A program made the position numbers and the translations under genes. 36,486 nt of DNA from positions 1-36,486 of the IMG/VR virus record IMGVR_UViG_3300013126_000103, one strand, 5' to 3'. Origin of the DNA: a virus (taxonomy: Duplodnaviria > Caudoviricetes). The notes below the pieces were generated by a model. The model was not told where the DNA came from. It searched no databases and saw nothing but the letters and a program-made list of their open reading frames with translations. Positions 35,408 through 36,486 of the stretch are shown piece after piece (within the stretch, counting starts at the first letter, position 1; the number at the start of each line of letters is the position of its first letter).

Positions 35408-35446
35408 TTGTACTATAATATAAATAAAAAATTCTAAATAAAAAAA

Positions 35447-36481
35447 TTAAAGACCGTATCTTGATTTTGTATTATCATATTCATCCAAAATATCAGATGT
35501 ACTTCTTAATGATTTGTAAATTCTAAATTGACCCAAATTGGCATTCATTTGAAATCCATTTCCCCCAATTGACCCAATCCACCAAGTTTGGTTGGTTCCT
35601 ATATTCGCTACTGGTGTTCCTCCACTTTCAGTTGCAATTTCGGTACCATTCTTGTAAAACTTAATAGTTCTATTTGTTTTATCAAAAACATATGCAATAT
35701 GTTGCCACTGATTTTCAGTAATTGTATTTATTGCCGTTGATTGGACTCCACCCGAACTACCATTACCTGCTTCAAAATTCATTGTCAGATTTGTTGTTAC
35801 AAAATTATTCCAAGCCATTTTGAATCCGTTTGTTGCAGTGCTGGGACCGCAATTGGACATCAAAGTATTTATGCTATATTCATTTCTTGGATAAACCCAA
35901 GCCGTTGTTGTAATTGTATTTCCAAAATTATAACTATTAAATGAAATTGTATCAGTACCACCATCGAAATTAAAGACACCTTGGGCCGTTGCACTTTCAT
36001 ATGCAACACCGCTCAATGTACCACTGGTCCCTGAGACGTTACCATCTGTTCCAATATTTGTTAATACTGTTCCCGTTCCAGCATACGATGATGCATCACC
36101 TGGATCATAATATATTTCAGCAGTATTTGTGTATCCCGTTGCATCCAAATCTCCTGATGTTAAAACTGCAGTTTGAACCCACATATCCGTTCTACCCGTA
36201 GACCAATTTAAAACTTCATTAATTGTACTACCAGTTGCCCCAAAAGATTGTAAAAAGAAAATACATTGAGTATCGTTGTTGGCAACATGAATACTTGGTC
36301 CTCCACTGTCTTTATGAACATATATTGTATAACCACCAGATGGGGGTGTTATACCTTTATAAAATCCTGTTACGTTTGTTGGACCATAATCACTGCTACC
36401 ATTTACACCAATTTTGAAATTAGTGTTTCTTGTTGCAACAGATTTACTTGTACTTCCTGATGTTTTAATTAAATTTGACAT
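35447..36481 (-). CDS. LamG / concanavalin A-like lectin-domain protein (probable virion fibre or decoration)
   Basis: 344 aa, Gly/Thr/Ser/Asn-rich; YDPGD.SSY.GTG, FNFDG.TD.I, T..AWVY, WQHI..V......KFYKNG and IY...S..I...Y...KSRYGL. Confidence 0.8.
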   Translation of the reverse strand: MSNLIKTSGSTSKSVATRNTNFKIGVNGSSDYGPTNVTGFYKGITPPSGGYTIYVHKDSGGPSIHVANNDTQCIFFLQSFGATGSTINEVLNWSTGRTDMWVQTAVLTSGDLDATGYTNTAEIYYDPGDASSYAGTGTVLTNIGTDGNVSGTSGTLSGVAYESATAQGVFNFDGGTDTISFNSYNFGNTITTTAWVYPRNEYSINTLMSNCGPSTATNGFKMAWNNFVTTNLTMNFEAGNGSSGGVQSTAINTITENQWQHIAYVFDKTNRTIKFYKNGTEIATESGGTPVANIGTNQTWWIGSIGGNGFQMNANLGQFRIYKSLRSTSDILDEYDNTKSRYGL

Positions 36482-36486
36482 TATAC

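Noticed and set aside
494-36460. Many short plus-strand ORFs in the track (e.g. 494-775, 8370-8714, 14994-15530, 16767-17096, 20682-20984, 23710-24015, 35741-36460)
   Set aside because: They lie antisense within long, motif-bearing genes and have shadow-frame composition with no recognisable motifs.

Overview
This AT-rich window comes from a large lytic myovirus with T4-like modules. The host is probably Bacteroidota, inferred from TAnnTTTG-type promoter boxes, A-rich leaders without Shine-Dalgarno sequences, a Flavobacterium-like ribonucleotide reductase and an SSB ending in DLPF. It is densely coding, uses the standard code and is mostly on the minus strand. Positions 37-7607 hold a nucleotide metabolism and replication block: nrdA, nrdB, a DnaB-like helicase, a 5'-3' exonuclease, UvsX/RecA and a gp32-like SSB. 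Positions 7714-8909 hold a small three-gene unit ending in a Dps/ferritin-like gene. Positions 8957-28484 hold a contractile-tail block: giant hub, gpX/LysM-like protein, giant tube-initiator-like protein with an OmpA-like insert, tape measure, chaperone, tube, sheath, terminator and neck. The right end carries an SNF2 helicase, a PD-(D/E)XK-like nuclease, a neck protein, a family B DNA polymerase and a LamG protein. The most notable unannotated signals are: (1) a probable programmed +1 (or -2) frameshift at GAA-TTT-TTT-CGC that extends the tail chaperone into a frame with no start codon; (2) a 305-bp spacer between tube and sheath with a parS-like 16-mer and a dense CTAG/CCAG/CTGG cluster, a candidate origin or segregation locus; (3) a recurring TATTTATA upstream motif, the reverse complement of the T4 late promoter, set back-to-back with host-type promoters; (4) a class Id-like NrdB lacking the lysine of the characterised enzyme; and (5) a missed ribbon-helix-helix gene. 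All family assignments come from recognising motifs by eye; no searches were run.
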